Of a stretch of 64,000 bases of DNA, positions 55,230 through 63,980 are shown piece after piece. Origin of the DNA: Fibrobacteria bacterium (GTDB lineage Bacteria; Fibrobacterota; Fibrobacteria; UBA11236); contig JAYTHY010000088.1 in assembly GCA_043732185.1 (NCBI GenBank), positions 3,410 through 67,409 of the forward strand, given 5' to 3'. The first letter of the stretch is position 1; each line of letters begins with the position of its first letter. The translations under genes and the position numbers were made by a program. The notes below the pieces were generated by a model. It saw only the letters and a list, made by a program, of their open reading frames with translations, made no database searches and was not told where the DNA came from.

Positions 55230-56540
55230 TCAATGTTTCTGGCTTTTCCTATCGATGATATACCCTGGCGTAAAACCAACAGATTGACCATGTGGTCGGT
55301 TTTTTCCAAGAGCATCTACAGTCGGATCTTGTCCTGGCCCATTCTGGCTTGCGCTGGCCAAGACAGGCTTCCCGTATCTGATTGTCGCGGTTTGATTGAC
55401 AGTGATCTTCCAACTGATATCCTGTTGCAACAAATCCATTTTTCTCCTGACCCAATCCAAGCTATCAGATGGAAAGGAACCGGGCACACCCAGGGAATCC
55501 TTGCCGCGATCCGAATAGGCTTTTGTCAGAACAAAATCGTACGCATGGGCTCTTAGGGTATAGTCCCCGACTTTTGCAATGTATTTGGCAGGTATAAAAG
55601 TTCCTCCGGCATTTTTGGCTACCAATACGGAATTTAGGTACCAGTCCACCTTGATGACATTGGAATCGACCACATCCACTTTGATTTGAACCGGGTTGAC
55701 CAAGGTGGTTGTATTGGGTGTCCAATTGTCCAATGGGTCGGTCAAAGCATAAATATCCCAAACCACTTTTTCTCTACCGATGGGATCATGCGCCACCACA
55801 GGCTTCGCGCAGTAAACATCCGCCATCATTTCGCAATGCGTATTCAAAGGGCGGAAATAGATTGAGTTCTCGATTGGGTAAGCGCCTACCTTCAATTTAT
55901 AGTAAGGCTCCGTATACCCAAGCCAATCGTCCCATTTGGATCCTGAGGCATCCGATGTGGCATTGGGCCAGGAGTTGCCACCGGCATTGGCGTAAACATC
56001 ACCCAATCTATGCCAGCCATGGCCCATTTCGTGCGTGCCGATGGCCTCCGGTTCAGTATCCATAGTTAGACCTAATTTTTCGGAAGCTAGGCCGACATTG
56101 CCGCCTTCACCAGATCCATTTTCTGTTGCAGCATTGTGTGACACAATATATTTCGGTTCCACTTGCGGCACGAGCTGCGTGATGGTATTGATATAGTATT
56201 CAAAATTCGTTCTATTCTGCAAGTTGTCGGTAGGCAAGGCACGGTAGTGGTTGACTCTGTAGATATTGAAGAATTTTCGATATCGAGAATATTCGGGAAC
56301 TTTGAAAAAAGCATTGATATGGTTTTGGATGGTGGTTTTCATGGCCGTCGCTTCAGAGGCCAACCAGCCGTCCCCAAGAAAAACGATGTCGACCCGATTG
56401 GAGGATGGCCCGGAAAACTGAATGGTATCGACAGTAGGGCTTTGTGCGTGAAGGACGGCAGCGGACCAAAAGAGAAAGATTCCAATGCAATTGACATTGA
56501 TTCCCATGCAATTGTTTCGGCGTGAATTGAGTCTATGCAT
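55230..56540 (-). CDS. secreted M64-family (IgA-peptidase-like) zinc metallopeptidase
   Basis: VDIVFLGDGW early block and zinc site GTHEMGHGWHRLGDVY. The start may be Met12 (56507), which gives the signal peptide MGINVNCIGIFLFWSAAVLHA. Confidence 0.7.
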   Translation of the reverse strand: MHRLNSRRNNCMGINVNCIGIFLFWSAAVLHAQSPTVDTIQFSGPSSNRVDIVFLGDGWLASEATAMKTTIQNHINAFFKVPEYSRYRKFFNIYRVNHYRALPTDNLQNRTNFEYYINTITQLVPQVEPKYIVSHNAATENGSGEGGNVGLASEKLGLTMDTEPEAIGTHEMGHGWHRLGDVYANAGGNSWPNATSDASGSKWDDWLGYTEPYYKLKVGAYPIENSIYFRPLNTHCEMMADVYCAKPVVAHDPIGREKVVWDIYALTDPLDNWTPNTTTLVNPVQIKVDVVDSNVIKVDWYLNSVLVAKNAGGTFIPAKYIAKVGDYTLRAHAYDFVLTKAYSDRGKDSLGVPGSFPSDSLDWVRRKMDLLQQDISWKITVNQTATIRYGKPVLASASQNGPGQDPTVDALGKNRPHGQSVGFTPGYIIDRKSQKH

Positions 56541-56583
56541 GGTTAGAGAATAAGGCCAATACCAGTCAAGTGCAGGAGGCCAT

Positions 56584-56613
56584 TTAAAAATAGGGTTACC
56601 AAAATGGAAACCC
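56584..56613 (-). terminator. rho-independent terminator after the GH172/DUF2961 gene
   Basis: On the minus strand GGGTTTCC pairs with GGTAACCC (7 of 8 bp, loop ATTTT), followed by TATTTTT. It begins 23 nt after the stop at 56636. Confidence 0.55.
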
Positions 56614-56635
56614 TTTGTACCGATAGTATTCGGTT

Positions 56636-58894
56636 TTATCGCATATTTATAAACGAGTACCTATGGATTTTACCGCTGCTTTGAACACGTAGGATGCATA
56701 CTCCAATGGGAAGCTTTTCAAACTCAACTGTACAGACGCCCTGGGACGAAGCAATCCAGTGGCTGGGTATACTTTGCCCTTGAACTCCTAAAACCTCAAT
56801 ATTCTGAATTGAACCCATCCCGGCCACGTTGAGTTCAATACTGTTACCCATAATTCGGTTGATATGAGTTGTTTTTATGCGTTCGGTATTCCGGAGCGAT
56901 ACAGGTGTGGGTAGTTTTTTGAGTACCAGATAGTCCAAGCCAAACATGTGTTTCTTGACGGCGTTGGCGTTTGAGCCTTTAATCACAGCCTTGAAATAGT
57001 GTAGTCCTGCGGTCAAAGTTTTTTCGCCCAACGATACCTCCGGGGTGAAAAGGACGGTTGGCGAGTAGCAGTCAAAATCTTTTTTTAAAGCCACGCTGTC
57101 CAAGTACAAGTCAAATATTCCATAATCGTCTGCTTGCGTAAATTTACCTGCCAGAGAATAGGCGCCATTTTCAGGTACCATGATTTCCAGGGAAAGGGTA
57201 TCGCCTGTCGTGCCGTCCATCCACCAGCGCTGGGCGCCAGCAGACCAGGGAAAGCTCCAGTTGCGTTGGACTTGGAGTTTGCCACCCGTGTTCTTTGCTT
57301 CCAAATCTTCCCCTTCGAAATAGGAATCGGTATCTGGCATGGCATACCAGAAATTATTTACAGCAAAATCGATGTCGCCAGTGGACCAGTCCAATATTTC
57401 AAGATTGAAATCCAAGGTATTATTAAAAGGAACTCCATCCAAATTCCTCGTTCTCCAATTCACCGTGTGACCGGCAGCGTTGTTGCCTGCTGCCAAGGGC
57501 TGGCCATGGAAAGGCGAAGTGAACGCATCAGGTTGGCCCCACGCATATCCAAAGTAATCCTCACTGCCGGTACCAAAAGTGGATGGAAAGGTTTCTTTGT
57601 CGACGAAGATTTTTTCATCACCTTCGCCCCACCAGCCGGTGTTCCTATTGTTAATAGTGAGAACATCGCCGGCATAAACACCCTTGCGGTTGCGTAAAAA
57701 CAGATAATTCCATTCCACAGCATTGGCCCCGATTACGGGTATGTTCAACTCTTCCTTCCAACGCGAGTGGAAATACATGGAACGGTCCGTGTTCCAGGTC
57801 CATGGGCAAGTCAATAATTCCTCGATGGATGCCGTGACTTGACCGACGCCACGATACGACAATTCAAGCCGAAAGGCATTCTTGAACGGCATAATCCAAT
57901 AGCAAGTCAACGTGCCGTTGGCGGCAACCTCCGAATACCAGCCGCTTGTCACATTGAGGCCAAGGCCCGATGCGAAGAAATCACCTACTGGCACATCGGT
58001 AACCGTTATGCGGTTGTCGAAAAAAATCCGCAAGCGCGTGGACCTGAGCGCGTCTTGCATGTTAGGAGATTGCAGTTTGATCACCATTTTGCATACTGCT
58101 CCCGGGCCTGGTATATCGAGAGTTATTGGACCGCTCGAAGGGGTAAGCAATTTGTTCTGCATCCCGTGAGAGGTTGTGGCTGCAGGAATGGAGCTGGCGG
58201 GATTTTTCAGCGTCTGGTTCGCCTTGCTAATTTCAGTCTGGTACGTATTCAAATCCTGGAGAGAAAAAGTCTTAACTGTGGTGCTATCGGGGTATTCGCG
58301 GTAATTGATGTTGTACCAGAAGTTGATATTCGTAGCCTTTTCGCAGGTGATTTTGCACCCGCGTGCAAAGGGCATAGCCAAAGCATTGTTTTTACCGCGA
58401 GCGGTGATTTCCGAAAGCGGTTTTCCGGCCAGTCCGCTGACGAAAAAACTATCGATGGGCATGGTGATCGCTGGTGTTGCGGAGCCATCGAAATACACCC
58501 TTAGCGTTCCAGTCATCGGCTCTGCGCCACCGCACCACATCCGTACCAGCGCTCCGGGATGAGTCGTTTCCAGCATCACATTCTCAATGCGGCCGTTTGT
58601 TGTATCTGTCCGTATAAATTGACTCCAATCGTTGTTTGCATGCCACCCTGGGCCATTCCGCACCGTGGATATTCGGTCATAGCTGGAAGCCTGTAGGGAA
58701 TTGAAAGCAGGCTGAGGAAAACTGGCAAGGGATCGATGGTCCGTCATTTCGTTCAGAAGGGTCGATAGGGTTATTTGTGCGGAGCTCGAATTTTGAGTCA
58801 AGAACAGCAATACAAGTGTGGCTAAGTATGGGTAGATTCTTCTACCGGTTGGAAGGAACTTTTCCCTCCTGCCGGTGAATATTGGATATTGCAT
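56636..58894 (-). CDS. secreted DUF2961 / GH172-family protein with CBM-like region and T9SS-type C-terminal sorting domain
   Basis: DUF2961 blocks YFHSRWKEE..., GWWGEGDEKIFVDKETFPSTFGTGSEDYFGYAWG. After residue ~500 there is a lectin/CBM-like segment. The last ~75 aa (...IELNVAGMGSIQNIEVLGVQGQSI.......LPIGVCILRVQSSGKIHRYSFINMR) fit the Por secretion tail pattern. Confidence 0.8.
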   Translation of the reverse strand: MQYPIFTGRREKFLPTGRRIYPYLATLVLLFLTQNSSSAQITLSTLLNEMTDHRSLASFPQPAFNSLQASSYDRISTVRNGPGWHANNDWSQFIRTDTTNGRIENVMLETTHPGALVRMWCGGAEPMTGTLRVYFDGSATPAITMPIDSFFVSGLAGKPLSEITARGKNNALAMPFARGCKITCEKATNINFWYNINYREYPDSTTVKTFSLQDLNTYQTEISKANQTLKNPASSIPAATTSHGMQNKLLTPSSGPITLDIPGPGAVCKMVIKLQSPNMQDALRSTRLRIFFDNRITVTDVPVGDFFASGLGLNVTSGWYSEVAANGTLTCYWIMPFKNAFRLELSYRGVGQVTASIEELLTCPWTWNTDRSMYFHSRWKEELNIPVIGANAVEWNYLFLRNRKGVYAGDVLTINNRNTGWWGEGDEKIFVDKETFPSTFGTGSEDYFGYAWGQPDAFTSPFHGQPLAAGNNAAGHTVNWRTRNLDGVPFNNTLDFNLEILDWSTGDIDFAVNNFWYAMPDTDSYFEGEDLEAKNTGGKLQVQRNWSFPWSAGAQRWWMDGTTGDTLSLEIMVPENGAYSLAGKFTQADDYGIFDLYLDSVALKKDFDCYSPTVLFTPEVSLGEKTLTAGLHYFKAVIKGSNANAVKKHMFGLDYLVLKKLPTPVSLRNTERIKTTHINRIMGNSIELNVAGMGSIQNIEVLGVQGQSIPSHWIASSQGVCTVEFEKLPIGVCILRVQSSGKIHRYSFINMR

Positions 58895-58963
58895 GCTAAC
58901 CCCTTTCTGCTGCCTTCAATTTAAGTCGGTCGGAGCTTTTGCTACTTCATTTTACGCATATAG

Positions 58964-58983
58964 CGTTCCGATTACACGGAACG
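58964..58983. promoter_or_regulatory. 20-bp palindrome in a divergent promoter region
   Basis: CGTTCCG (58964-58970), spacer ATTACA, then CGGAACG (58977-58983). It lies between the GH172 start (58894) and the purM start (59010). Confidence 0.3.
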
Positions 58984-59009
58984 GGTGAAGCGAGATCTCG
59001 AGTATTGAT

Positions 59010-60209
59010 GTGAATGCTATATTTCCGGGCGTGAACAAACCACTCAGCTATGAAGATCGAGGTGCCTCAGCCGACAAGGGGGATGTGCATAAAGCCATTG
59101 CGGATGAGCATCCTGGACTGCATCCTGGTGCCTTTTGTAAAACCCTCCCGGATACCTTAACCGGCAGCCCAGAACATTGCCTAATCATCCATGCCGATGG
59201 GGCAGGGACAAAGTCCATTCTGGCTTATTTGCATTGGAAGGAAACCGGGGATGTGTCGGCTTTCCGGGGTCTAGCCCAGGATTCCTTGATCATGAATGTC
59301 GATGACCTTGCCTGCGTGGGCGCCTTTGGTCCGATGCTGCTTTCCAATACCATTGGACGAAATGCCAAGCTCATTCCCGGTGAGGCAATAAAGGAAATCA
59401 TCACCGGATACCGGGATTGCATCGCCATGCTCAGCGCGAATGGTATTCATGTTGTGAGTGGGGGAGGAGAAACCGCCGATCTCGGGGATGTGGTCCGTAC
59501 CTTGGTAGTCGATTCCACCTTGGTCGCCAGAGCTAAACGCAGCGACATTGTCAGTGGTGTAAAATTACGGCCAGGAATGTCCATTGTCGGTTTGTATTCA
59601 GGCGGGCGCGCCAGCTATGAGTCCAAGGAGAATTCCGGCCTCGGCAGCAATGGCTATACCATGCTTCGCCACGAATTTTTGTCGCCGCATTACAAAGCCA
59701 CCTATCCCGAAGTTTTTGCGCCGGAAATCGCCGCGCTAGCCTATATGGGCAAGTACCGACTGGGCGATTCCTTACCCGGTGGTTCCGGCATGACCGTGGG
59801 AGAAGCCTTATTGTCCCCGACGCGGACCTATGCGCCGATACTCAAAAAAGTTATGGAAACCGTTGGCCCGAGGGTAGCGGCTATTTTCCACAATAGTGGC
59901 GGGGGCCAGACCAAATGTTTGCGTTTTGGCAAGGGGTTGACCTATATCAAAGACTCGCTCTTTGCGCCCACGCCCGTTTTCAAAATACTTCGCGAGAATC
60001 CGGCGCTGTCCCCGCGTGAATTGTACCGCACACTTAATATGGGACATCGCATGGAGGTTGTGTGTGAGCCTGATGCTGTTGGTGCGGTCATTGCCGCTTC
60101 GCAGTCTTTTGGCATTGATGCCAAAGTGGTTGGCCGCACCGAAGCTGCTTCTGGCGCCAATCGACTTGTGTTGCACGATGGGCAAGCGGAATACACGTAT
60201 ACGCTTTAG
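59010..60209 (+). CDS. purM: phosphoribosylformylglycinamidine cyclo-ligase (AIR synthase, long FCB-type)
   Basis: 399 aa. The N-terminal ...RGASADKGDVHKAI....LHPGAFCKTLPD.LTGSPEHCLIIHADGAGTKSILAYLHWKETGD block closely resembles the ~390-aa Bacteroidota-type PurM (from memory). GTG start. Confidence 0.8.
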   Translation: MNAIFPGVNKPLSYEDRGASADKGDVHKAIADEHPGLHPGAFCKTLPDTLTGSPEHCLIIHADGAGTKSILAYLHWKETGDVSAFRGLAQDSLIMNVDDLACVGAFGPMLLSNTIGRNAKLIPGEAIKEIITGYRDCIAMLSANGIHVVSGGGETADLGDVVRTLVVDSTLVARAKRSDIVSGVKLRPGMSIVGLYSGGRASYESKENSGLGSNGYTMLRHEFLSPHYKATYPEVFAPEIAALAYMGKYRLGDSLPGGSGMTVGEALLSPTRTYAPILKKVMETVGPRVAAIFHNSGGGQTKCLRFGKGLTYIKDSLFAPTPVFKILRENPALSPRELYRTLNMGHRMEVVCEPDAVGAVIAASQSFGIDAKVVGRTEAASGANRLVLHDGQAEYTYTL

Positions 60210-61312
60210 TTGCGTCTTGCCTCGGTGGATTCGGTGGTAGAAGGGAATAGATTCCATCTAAAAAGGTCCGGGAGAAAACGGCGACCAAGTACATCGACAC
60301 CGTTGGTTTTTTTAATGGGATGAGGAAACTCGGAGCTGATCCGTACCACTGTACTGATGCGCATGCGTCCGGGGATTTTAAGTTGGATCGAATACAAGCC
60401 CCCGTCCCCGGTCATATACAGGATTGTATTAGCGGGTCCTCCGAACACACAGTTGTCGGCATTGCCTGTGGCTCCGGATCTTTTATCATACATACCGCTG
60501 GCAAAACTCAATCGGATGAATCCTAAGGAATCCCCGTTGGCGTTGAATACTTGGACCTCCCCTTTTTGATAGCTGGCGACATAATGGTTGCCATGGGAAT
60601 CGAGTGTTCCCCCATCAGGCACGGGCATGCGCGCGAAGACGGTGGGGCTGATTAGAGCGCCTTTGGCTCCGATAGAAAATCGGGTAACCTGGCCAGCCGA
60701 AGTGGCTTGGTTTACAAAGACGGCAGAAGTCTCATCCATCCACTCAATGCCATTTGCAGAGGCCAATCCGGTTGCAGCCACGGAAAGTTGGCGCGTGGGG
60801 CTCAGAAAATAAACGTCCGTACCCAAAGCGGTGAAATAAATTCCGCCATTGGATCCGATAGTCAAATCGTTGGCTTGATTGAAGGATACGCCATTCTGTC
60901 CTGATGCCACCAAAATGGAATCCAACGCGCCCGTCGCTGTAAAGCGTGCGATCCGGCCATCTTCGGCGGCTACCAGCCGGCCTTGGAAATCGAACTCCAA
61001 ACCATTGTTCTGCCTTGTCGTTACAAAGTGTATTCCCGTATCTGCCGTACCGGGACGGATTTTCCAAATGGGCCAATTGGCTCCGCCAGCTTGCTCGGTG
61101 AAATAAACAAAGCCGGTGGAAGCTTCATATGCTGGTCCTTCACAGTATTGAGGAACCTTTTTTTCCCAAACCACGGGCGTATTGGCTGTGCAGATGGAAT
61201 CGGGTAATGCAACGGTATAATTTTGCGCAAAAGGCGCAGCCAGTGGTAATAGGGCCAGGGCTGTCAGCCATTTCAGCGGAGAGCGTAGAGATTTCCGTGA
61301 AGCGAATTTCAA
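60206..61312 (-). CDS. SMP-30/gluconolactonase/LRE-like beta-propeller protein (exported)
   Basis: Signal peptide ...ALALLPLAAPFAQ. Propeller blocks CEGPAYEASTGFVYFTE, NGLEFDFQGRLV, ANDLTIGSNGGIYFT and SANGIEW. The start overlaps the upstream gene stop by 4 nt. The stop overlaps the convergent purM stop. Confidence 0.75.
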   Translation of the reverse strand: MKFASRKSLRSPLKWLTALALLPLAAPFAQNYTVALPDSICTANTPVVWEKKVPQYCEGPAYEASTGFVYFTEQAGGANWPIWKIRPGTADTGIHFVTTRQNNGLEFDFQGRLVAAEDGRIARFTATGALDSILVASGQNGVSFNQANDLTIGSNGGIYFTALGTDVYFLSPTRQLSVAATGLASANGIEWMDETSAVFVNQATSAGQVTRFSIGAKGALISPTVFARMPVPDGGTLDSHGNHYVASYQKGEVQVFNANGDSLGFIRLSFASGMYDKRSGATGNADNCVFGGPANTILYMTGDGGLYSIQLKIPGRMRISTVVRISSEFPHPIKKTNGVDVLGRRFLPDLFRWNLFPSTTESTEARRN

Positions 61313-63042
61313 AATGCTGCCTTTTTTATCAAGATCTTTCTGTCCCCCAACTTATTTAAATAGCTCATCCTAACCGAGCTTGGGGATTGAATACCCAGAA
61401 AAACCCTCACCTCATCCATTTCCCCATCGAAATACTGACTAGCGGGTTCGGGATTCCAGGATTTCAAGCTACCTTGCCCTATTCTCCAATACCCGGTGTA
61501 TTGGTAGGGGTGCAAGCTTCCTTCCACGTGGGCCATGCGTAAACCATCGATATACAAGTTCAACCCTGACAACGTCATTCCGGCGACGACATTGTGCCAG
61601 TTGCCGTCATTGAGGGCACCGGCAGAAGCCACGGTCCAGAAAATGGGATTGCCGTCTGCGCCTCTAGGTAACCATTGCCAGGTCCCAAAATGAATGAGTC
61701 CCGCGTTGTCCATCCAGATGTGTCTATCATAATCACCTGCGTCACCAGTCGGATTGGTGTGGAATCCAATCAGCTTGCCACCCTGGGTTGTTATTGTTCT
61801 GAACCAAAGTGAAAGCGAAAGGGTGTCAGGAGCTGCCATGGGTTTACTGGTCGTAACGAATCTAGTTCCACCCAAACGAATGGCTTGTGCAATAGGCGCA
61901 GAAGTGGTATCCCAGCCCACGGGGGCATTCTGAAGGATGCCGCCATTGCCCATACTGGAAGCATCAGATAAACCCGCTGCCAGGTTTCCACTCGTGGGCT
62001 GGAAATGCCAAACGCCTCGATAACCGGAAAGAGAATCAAATACTAGGGCCCCATTGGAACGGCTTAAGGCTCCGGGCCTACCCCAATGCACATGCAGTGT
62101 CTGTTGATCATTTCCTGCTTGTAGAGAATCCATGCGTACCCAAATCATGGCCCGGCCCAAGGACGCACTCCAATATTCAATTTCAAAATCAAGATGGGTT
62201 CCATCAGCGGCAGAGAAACGCAAGTCAGAACCGTCTGGTGCCGCAGTAGCAAAAGAAAAATTTGTCGAGTCCAGTAGTACCACAAAAGGAAAGTCTGATA
62301 GGCCTTCCAACAAGCCAGCGCCGAGGGGGCCCGTGCGGACCGTCAGGGTTTTCTCATGCGCCCATGTAGCATAATCCCCATCATCTACCGTGGCCATATC
62401 GATTATTGGGAGCTGCACCGTGTCCTTGGAAAGCACGGAAATACCATATACATCGTGTGGAGAACAATTGGTTTGGCAGCTGGAGCGCAAGGTGTAATTG
62501 CCTTCCGCCAATCCCTCTAGACGAAAGCTTCCATCAAGGTTGGTGCGCCAAACCCGGTCTAAACCATAAATGCGAATCAGACCGGCTGAGTCGGTGCCGG
62601 TGGGGAAACGCAAGGTACCCTGGATGCTACCGCCAGGTTTGGTCACCGTAAGCGGCAGATCCATTTTTTTCTGCGTAGGGTCCGATTGGAAGCGGCGCAA
62701 GGCTACGTCTCCATTGGCAACCCGGATTTCGGTGGTATAGGTTCCGCCAGCTACGGAATCCAATACGAATCGCCCCGCACTGTCAGTTAGGGCTTCATGA
62801 GAGCCCATCAGTGAGCCTGGAGTCGTTGACCCCGGGAGGTAATCGGTAGAACGCAGAATCACCCGGGCCCCGATAACCGGTCTATTTAGGGTATCCACTA
62901 CTTGGCCTGTGACGACGGTTGTCTCAGAACCACTTCCTCCGCCAGCTGTGCGATCCGAGTTAGGGCCGCCGATGAAATTGCAGCCCTGGCAAGTTAGGAG
63001 ACCTGTCATAAGTGCAGCGAGGCTGGTTTGTCGCAATTTCAT
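61309..63042 (-). CDS. lipoprotein with CarboxypepD_reg-like, DUF2341 and LamG (concanavalin-like) domains
   Basis: Lipobox region LMTGLLTCQGC. VTGQVVDTLNRPVIGARVIL...TDSAGRFVLDSV. DUF2341 block DGSDLRFSAADGTHLDFEIEYWSASLGRAMIWVRMDSL...TLHVHWG. LamG-like block GVWHF....DSS..GN.G, then ...NWHNVVAG......LYIDG. Confidence 0.75.
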   Translation of the reverse strand: MKLRQTSLAALMTGLLTCQGCNFIGGPNSDRTAGGGSGSETTVVTGQVVDTLNRPVIGARVILRSTDYLPGSTTPGSLMGSHEALTDSAGRFVLDSVAGGTYTTEIRVANGDVALRRFQSDPTQKKMDLPLTVTKPGGSIQGTLRFPTGTDSAGLIRIYGLDRVWRTNLDGSFRLEGLAEGNYTLRSSCQTNCSPHDVYGISVLSKDTVQLPIIDMATVDDGDYATWAHEKTLTVRTGPLGAGLLEGLSDFPFVVLLDSTNFSFATAAPDGSDLRFSAADGTHLDFEIEYWSASLGRAMIWVRMDSLQAGNDQQTLHVHWGRPGALSRSNGALVFDSLSGYRGVWHFQPTSGNLAAGLSDASSMGNGGILQNAPVGWDTTSAPIAQAIRLGGTRFVTTSKPMAAPDTLSLSLWFRTITTQGGKLIGFHTNPTGDAGDYDRHIWMDNAGLIHFGTWQWLPRGADGNPIFWTVASAGALNDGNWHNVVAGMTLSGLNLYIDGLRMAHVEGSLHPYQYTGYWRIGQGSLKSWNPEPASQYFDGEMDEVRVFLGIQSPSSVRMSYLNKLGDRKILIKKAAF

Positions 63043-63914
63043 AAACCCTGCTCCGGAAGTCGAGTTAATGGAAATATACTGAAATTCAACTGGTAAACGC
63101 TGTCGCTGGCCTCTTCCTGATCGGCCATCTCCAGCAATTCCCGTCTAAGCGTAGCGATTTTAGCCAAGTAGGTCTCATACCGATTTCTGGATATGGACAA
63201 AGTCAAGGTAGAGGTATTTTGCACGTTACCGGGCATCCGGTCCAAGGCTTCCTTGGCCAGGTCAAGCATTTGAATTTTAAATCCATCGATTATGATAGGG
63301 TCGGCGGCGGTTCCGGTAATAAAGTGCTCGGTAAGCTCCAGAGTGCCATCTGCACTCAGTCGGATTAAACCCAGTCGCAACAGCAAAGTTACAGTGCGGC
63401 CGGCCTCGGCTGGAGAGATGGAAGGGACAAGCATGCGTGCCATCTCAGCATACTGGTCTTCCCGAAAGGATCGGGTTTCGAGCAAGGCGCGGATGGCGGA
63501 ATAATACCAATGGGTATAGTACTCGGATTGGGAAGCCTGCAATGCCTGGACACGAAAGCCTTTGGTATTCCTGATCTTTTCCAGATAGAAGCGCTTATCC
63601 TTTCCGCTCTGAGACTGGTTGTGGAATACCAGCATTTCAAAAAATTCTTTTTCTTTTCCGGTAAGCTCAAAGGCCTCGGCGAAGCGCAGCACCATGCGCG
63701 GTGACAAATTGGTCTTACCTTGGAACACTTGAGTCAGGAAGCCTTGCGATTTGAATCCCGCCCGTTTGGCTATGACGCCATAGGTGAGTCGCGGATTCAG
63801 GGATTTTTTATGGGCGTATAAATCCTGTAGAAAGGTACGATAGTTGGTGTAAGAGAAAATATCCAGCATGTGATGTCTTAATAATAAGGTACCCGGTGGG
63901 CGGGGGATGGTCAA
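63039..63914 (-). CDS. TIGR02147-family protein (second paralogue)
   Basis: The block FSYTNYRTFLQDLYAHKKSLNPRLTYGVIAKRAGFKSQGFLTQVFQGKTNLS aligns with the 6633-7472 product. The track start is a TTG at 63914; an ATG at 63869 is equally plausible. The stop overlaps the downstream ATG (ATGA). Confidence 0.75.
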   Translation of the reverse strand: MTIPRPPGTLLLRHHMLDIFSYTNYRTFLQDLYAHKKSLNPRLTYGVIAKRAGFKSQGFLTQVFQGKTNLSPRMVLRFAEAFELTGKEKEFFEMLVFHNQSQSGKDKRFYLEKIRNTKGFRVQALQASQSEYYTHWYYSAIRALLETRSFREDQYAEMARMLVPSISPAEAGRTVTLLLRLGLIRLSADGTLELTEHFITGTAADPIIIDGFKIQMLDLAKEALDRMPGNVQNTSTLTLSISRNRYETYLAKIATLRRELLEMADQEEASDSVYQLNFSIFPLTRLPEQGL

Positions 63915-63960
63915 TGCAAATATTCTGTTTAATCTTTAGTAATGCTAAATAAAAATATAG

Positions 63961-63980
63961 AATAAACCTAAATAAACCTT
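63961..63980. repeat. 10-bp tandem direct repeat in an AT-rich upstream region
   Basis: aataaaccta (63961-63970) followed by aataaacctt (63971-63980). It lies 47-66 nt upstream of the TIGR02147 paralogue on the minus strand. Confidence 0.5.
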
